Assembly (NCBI GenBank): GCA_046726415.1
Contig: JBKPAK010000019.1
Span: 1-16,636 of the forward strand
Direction of reading: 5' to 3'
DNA: 16,636 nucleotides
From: Candidatus Methylomirabilota bacterium
GTDB lineage: Bacteria > Methylomirabilota > Methylomirabilia > Rokubacteriales > CSP1-6
In this document: positions 13,271 through 16,636 of the stretch, piece by piece
How positions within the stretch are numbered: the first letter of the stretch is position 1
How the letters are laid out: each line of letters begins with the position of its first letter
Notes under the pieces: generated by a model
The model's database searches: none
Told to the model about the DNA's origin: nothing
What the model saw: only the letters and a program-made list of their open reading frames with translations
Made by a program: the position numbers and the translations under genes

Positions 13271-14323
13271 CTAAACCCTCTGGAACCGGTGGAGGCCGTC
13301 GGTTCCGATGATGCGCTTTGCGCGTCCGCCCCACTCGAGATAGTGCAGGTGAGCGAGCGTCTCGCCGAACGCGAAGCCGAACTGCTGCAGGTCGAGGTCA
13401 CGCGTGAACAGGGCCGGCAAGACCTCGGCACCCGTTCGCGGCTCCACGAGCGCTTCCAGGCACCTGGCCAGTCGCTCGTCGTGGTGGTGGTGCAGCCGTC
13501 CTAGGCGCACTTGCAAACCTTGGAAGGGAAGGCCGTGTGAGGGCAAGACGAGGGTCTCATCCGGCATCTCGCGGAAGCCGTCGAGCGACTCGAGGTACAG
13601 GCGGAGCGGATTGCCCAGCGGCTGATCCGGCCACACGCTGACGTTGGTCGTAATCTTGGGGAGGATCTGGTCGCCGGCGATCAACACTCCCGCATCGCGC
13701 GAGTAGAGGATGGCCTGCTCCGGCGAGTGGCCGAACACCGTCATCACGTGCCACTGGTGTTCGCCAATGACGATGACGTCGCCGTTTCGGACAGCGCGGA
13801 AGGAGGGGGTCACCGACGGCACCATCTTCACGTAGTAGTGACGGCGCTCGCCCAGCCAGTCGAGCTGGGCGCCGCTCACGCCGTTGCGCCGGTAATACCC
13901 GGCGCGCTCGTCGATGTCACCCGCACGCCAGGCGAGCTGCGCCATCAGCCACTCGCCCTGGCTGCACCACAGGTCGATCCCGCTGCGCTCGGTCAACCAG
14001 TGCGCGTTGCCCATGTGGTCGGGGTGGAAGTGGGTGACGAACACGCGCGCAATCGGCTGGCCGTCCAGCTCCCTGTCGAGCACGCCCTGCCAAAGTTCCC
14101 GCGTACGGTCGAGGCCGATACCTGCATCGACGACCGTCCACCCCTCCCCGTCCTCCAGCAAATAGAGATTGATATGGTCGAGCCGGAAGGGCAGCGGCAT
14201 GCGGAGCCATTTGATGCCCGGGGCCACGGGGATGATCCCGCCCATCGGCGGGGGATCCGGCCACGGATGGGAGATACCCGGGGACTCGGACTTGTGCAGG
14301 GCAGTGGTCATGGGTGTCGTCAT
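13271..14323 (-). CDS. MBL-fold metallo-hydrolase
   Basis: PLPFRLDHINLYLL, VDAG, THFHPDHMG (HxHxDH), GHSP, AGDQILPKITTN, VLPSHG, ETLAHL. Start is 14323 or 14311. Confidence 0.92.
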   Translation of the reverse strand: MTTPMTTALHKSESPGISHPWPDPPPMGGIIPVAPGIKWLRMPLPFRLDHINLYLLEDGEGWTVVDAGIGLDRTRELWQGVLDRELDGQPIARVFVTHFHPDHMGNAHWLTERSGIDLWCSQGEWLMAQLAWRAGDIDERAGYYRRNGVSGAQLDWLGERRHYYVKMVPSVTPSFRAVRNGDVIVIGEHQWHVMTVFGHSPEQAILYSRDAGVLIAGDQILPKITTNVSVWPDQPLGNPLRLYLESLDGFREMPDETLVLPSHGLPFQGLQVRLGRLHHHHDERLARCLEALVEPRTGAEVLPALFTRDLDLQQFGFAFGETLAHLHYLEWGGRAKRIIGTDGLHRFQRV

Positions 14324-14409
14324 CTCCGTGTGGTGTGGGTCGGGTGACGCGGCGTCTCAGCGCAGTATAACGCGGAGCAACGCGGCGAACGTCGGGAGGA
14401 GGACCGGCC

Positions 14410-16011
14410 ATGGGGCGCGTGTGGTTCGAGAAGCACACCATCGGCTCGCTGCCCGAGCGAGCGGTACGGCGATGGGGCGGACGGGAGGCGCTGTGCTTCC
14501 AGGGCCGGCGGTGGAGCTTCGCCGAGCTATCGGACGGCGTCGATCGGGTCGCGCGCGGTCTGATCGCGCTGGGGATGGAGCCGGGCGAGAGGGTCGCCCT
14601 GTGGATGCTCAATCGTCCCGAATGGATCGAGGCGATGTTCGCGACGATGAAGATCGGGGCGGTGCTGGTGCCGATCAACACGCGCTTTCGCACGAGCGAT
14701 CTCGCCTATGTCCTCCACCACGCGGAAACCACGACGCTGATCATGACTGCCCACTCGGGTCCCATCGACTACCTGGGGATGGCGCGCGAGGTGGCGGGAA
14801 CGCTCCCGGGCCTGCGGAGGCTCGTGACTCTGGGAGACGGCCTGCCCGACCACGTGATCGCGTGGGATCGGCTCGTGGCGGCGGGCGGGCGGGTGACTGA
14901 CGCGCAGCTGCGGGAGCGCGCGGCGGCCGTCGATCCCGATGCCATCGCCTTCCTTCTCTACACGTCAGGGACGACGGGATTTCCCAAAGGGGTCTTGCAC
15001 GATCACGCCATCGTGCGCAACATCATCGATCGCGCCAACCGCATGGCCATGACGCCCTCCGACGTCATCCTCATGTACCTGCCGCTGTTCCACCTGTTCG
15101 GCTTCGCCGAGGGCGCGTTGATGTCGATGGTGTCCGGCGCCCGCCAAGTTCTCACGGAGGGTTTCGATCCCGCCGAGAGCCTGGCCCTCCTGGAGCAGGA
15201 GGGAGCCACCGTGCTCCACGGCTTCGACACGCACTTGAAGGAGCTCCTAGAGGCGCACGCGCGGGCGCCGCGCGACGTGTCGAGCGTCCGCACGGGCATT
15301 CTGGCCTCGGGCATGTTCAGCTCGGTGCCCATTGCCAGCCGTGCCCGCGAGGTCTTCGGCCCCTTCCTCTCCGGATATGGCATGAGCGAGTTCGGGGTAG
15401 GGGCCGCCTTGAGCTTTCTCGGCTCCACCGCCGAGCAATGCGTGGAGGCCTCCGGCTACCCGGCGCCCGGCTACGAGATCCGCGTGATCGATCCCGAGAG
15501 CCGGCGAGAGCAGCCCACGGGGATAGCCGGCGAGATTCTCGTGCGGAGCTACATGACCATGCGGGGCTACTTCAAAAATCCCGAGGAGACGGGGCGAACG
15601 ATCGATGAGGAGGGTTGGGTCCACACGGGAGACATGGGGGTCATCCGACCCGACGGTCACCTGCGCTTCATCGGGCGTTACAAAGACATGCTCAAGATCG
15701 GTGGCGAGAACGTGGACCCCATGGAAGTCGAGGCCTTCCTGATGACCCACCCCGCGATCAACCTGGCCGCCGTGGTGGGTCTGGCTGACGCGCGCCTGTC
15801 CGAAGTGGGGGTCGCCTTCGTCCGAGTCGAGCCCGGTTGGCACGTCGCCGAGACCGAGATCGTCGATTTCTGCCGGGGCAAGATCGCCAGGTTCAAGATC
15901 CCGCGGCACGTCGTCATCGTCGCAGACTTCCCGATGACGGGCTCGGGCAAGATCCAGAAGGTGAAGCTGCGCGCGGAGGCCCAGGAACGCTTTGGCGGCG
16001 CAGCTCGATGA
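14410..16011 (+). CDS. AMP-binding acyl-CoA synthetase (fatty acid/aryl-CoA ligase-like)
   Basis: YTSGTTGFPKG, PLFH, GYGMSE, HTGDMG, GRYKDMLKIGGENV, SGKIQK. Strong SD GGAGGAGG upstream; TATAAC at 14366-14371. Confidence 0.93.
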   Translation: MGRVWFEKHTIGSLPERAVRRWGGREALCFQGRRWSFAELSDGVDRVARGLIALGMEPGERVALWMLNRPEWIEAMFATMKIGAVLVPINTRFRTSDLAYVLHHAETTTLIMTAHSGPIDYLGMAREVAGTLPGLRRLVTLGDGLPDHVIAWDRLVAAGGRVTDAQLRERAAAVDPDAIAFLLYTSGTTGFPKGVLHDHAIVRNIIDRANRMAMTPSDVILMYLPLFHLFGFAEGALMSMVSGARQVLTEGFDPAESLALLEQEGATVLHGFDTHLKELLEAHARAPRDVSSVRTGILASGMFSSVPIASRAREVFGPFLSGYGMSEFGVGAALSFLGSTAEQCVEASGYPAPGYEIRVIDPESRREQPTGIAGEILVRSYMTMRGYFKNPEETGRTIDEEGWVHTGDMGVIRPDGHLRFIGRYKDMLKIGGENVDPMEVEAFLMTHPAINLAAVVGLADARLSEVGVAFVRVEPGWHVAETEIVDFCRGKIARFKIPRHVVIVADFPMTGSGKIQKVKLRAEAQERFGGAAR

Positions 16012-16092
16012 TCATCGTGGACAGCACGGCCGCGGCGGGGTCTCACGGTTGTCATCGTCAGGACATCGATGTGCCTGTAGACTCAAGGGTCT

Positions 16093-16636
16093 ATGTCAGT
16101 GCTTCTCCAGGCACGCGGTCTGGTCAAGCATCTCGGGGGACGACGAGTCGTCGACGGGGTGGAGCTCGTCTGCGCGGCCGGACAGATCCTCGGCCTGCTG
16201 GGCCCCAACGGCGCCGGCAAGACCACCACGCTCCGCCTGCTCTATGGCTTCCTCCATCCCGACGCGGGGCGCATCCACGTGGACGGGGTCGAGCTGGGGC
16301 GCGATCTCCCGCGCGCCAAGCGTTCGATCGGTGTCTGCACCCAGGACGACACGTTCGACGGCGACTTCACCGTCGAGCAGAACTTGAGCGTCGCCGGCAG
16401 CTATTTCCGGCCGCGTCCACCCGAGCTGGGCCGGCGGGTGGCCGAACTGCTCGAGCGCTTCGATCTGCGCCAGTACGCGCGCCACAAGCCCGAGACGCTG
16501 TCGGGCGGCTACCGCCGCCGGCTGATGATCGCGCGGGCCATCGTGCATCGCCCTCGCCTTCTCTTCCTCGACGAGCCCACCACCGGCCTCGATCCACAGG
16601 CCCGCATGGGCGTGTGGGACCTCGTAGACGGGCTGC
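16093..16636 (+). CDS. ABC transporter ATP-binding protein (NodI/DrrA-like ABC-2 exporter), 3'-truncated by the window edge; not in the ORF track
   Basis: Manual translation from ATG 16093 gives MSVLLQARGLVKHLGGRRVVDG..., Walker A GPNGAGKTT, signature LSGGYRRR, and Walker B/D-loop LFLDEPTTGLDPQAR. Confidence 0.93.
   Translation, partial: MSVLLQARGLVKHLGGRRVVDGVELVCAAGQILGLLGPNGAGKTTTLRLLYGFLHPDAGRIHVDGVELGRDLPRAKRSIGVCTQDDTFDGDFTVEQNLSVAGSYFRPRPPELGRRVAELLERFDLRQYARHKPETLSGGYRRRLMIARAIVHRPRLLFLDEPTTGLDPQARMGVWDLVDGL

Noticed and set aside
13271..14323. Metallo-beta-lactamase resistance gene
   Set aside because: No signal peptide, and the length and motifs fit the cytoplasmic MBL-fold hydrolase group.
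8287..16017. TGATCA-centred palindromes at three stop codons (8287-8292, 8714-8723, 16006-16017)
   Set aside because: Short, partly forced by the TGA stop, and with unrelated flanks; cannot be distinguished from chance here.
15992..16597. Track ORFs 15992..16387, 16096..16548 and 16367..16597
   Set aside because: Shadows of the ABC ATPase starting at 16093, which the track omits because it has no stop in the window.
1..16636. Mobile element, prophage, tRNA or rRNA
   Set aside because: No transposase, integrase or phage genes, terminal inverted repeats or cloverleaf/rRNA signatures were seen, and composition looks uniform by eye.

Overview
GC-rich, densely coding bacterial chromosomal segment. 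The family-5 solute-binding protein style and gene mix suggest a soil lineage such as Ca. Rokubacteria/Methylomirabilota, but this is inference only. Gene order: partial family-5 ABC substrate-binding protein, SDR oxidoreductase, YhbS-like GNAT, type II haloacid dehalogenase, collapsed EamA/DMT pseudogene, oligopeptidase B, membrane HAMP-class III nucleotidyl cyclase, Tat-signal SYLF/Ysc84 protein (-), small Zn-ribbon protein (-), DUF488-like protein (-), RidA, DUF4130-fragment/UdgX fusion (-), a four-gene operon (TIGR03067 protein, DUF4136 lipoprotein, metallophosphoesterase, second HAD hydrolase), MBL-fold hydrolase (-), acyl-CoA synthetase, and a partial NodI-like ABC ATPase absent from the ORF track. 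No RNA genes, transposases, integrases or CRISPR array were seen. Most noteworthy: (1) short 32-34 bp tandem repeats that copy the last codons of two different genes; (2) a UdgX fused to a truncated TIGR03915/DUF4130 N-terminus, without the usual radical SAM partner, preceded by an overlapping 18-codon uORF and lying near DUF488 and Zn-ribbon genes; (3) a cyclase with Gln in place of the ATP-specifying Lys; (4) two different HAD subfamilies; (5) apparent leaderless promoters. Family assignments come from motif recognition and memory, not from database searches.
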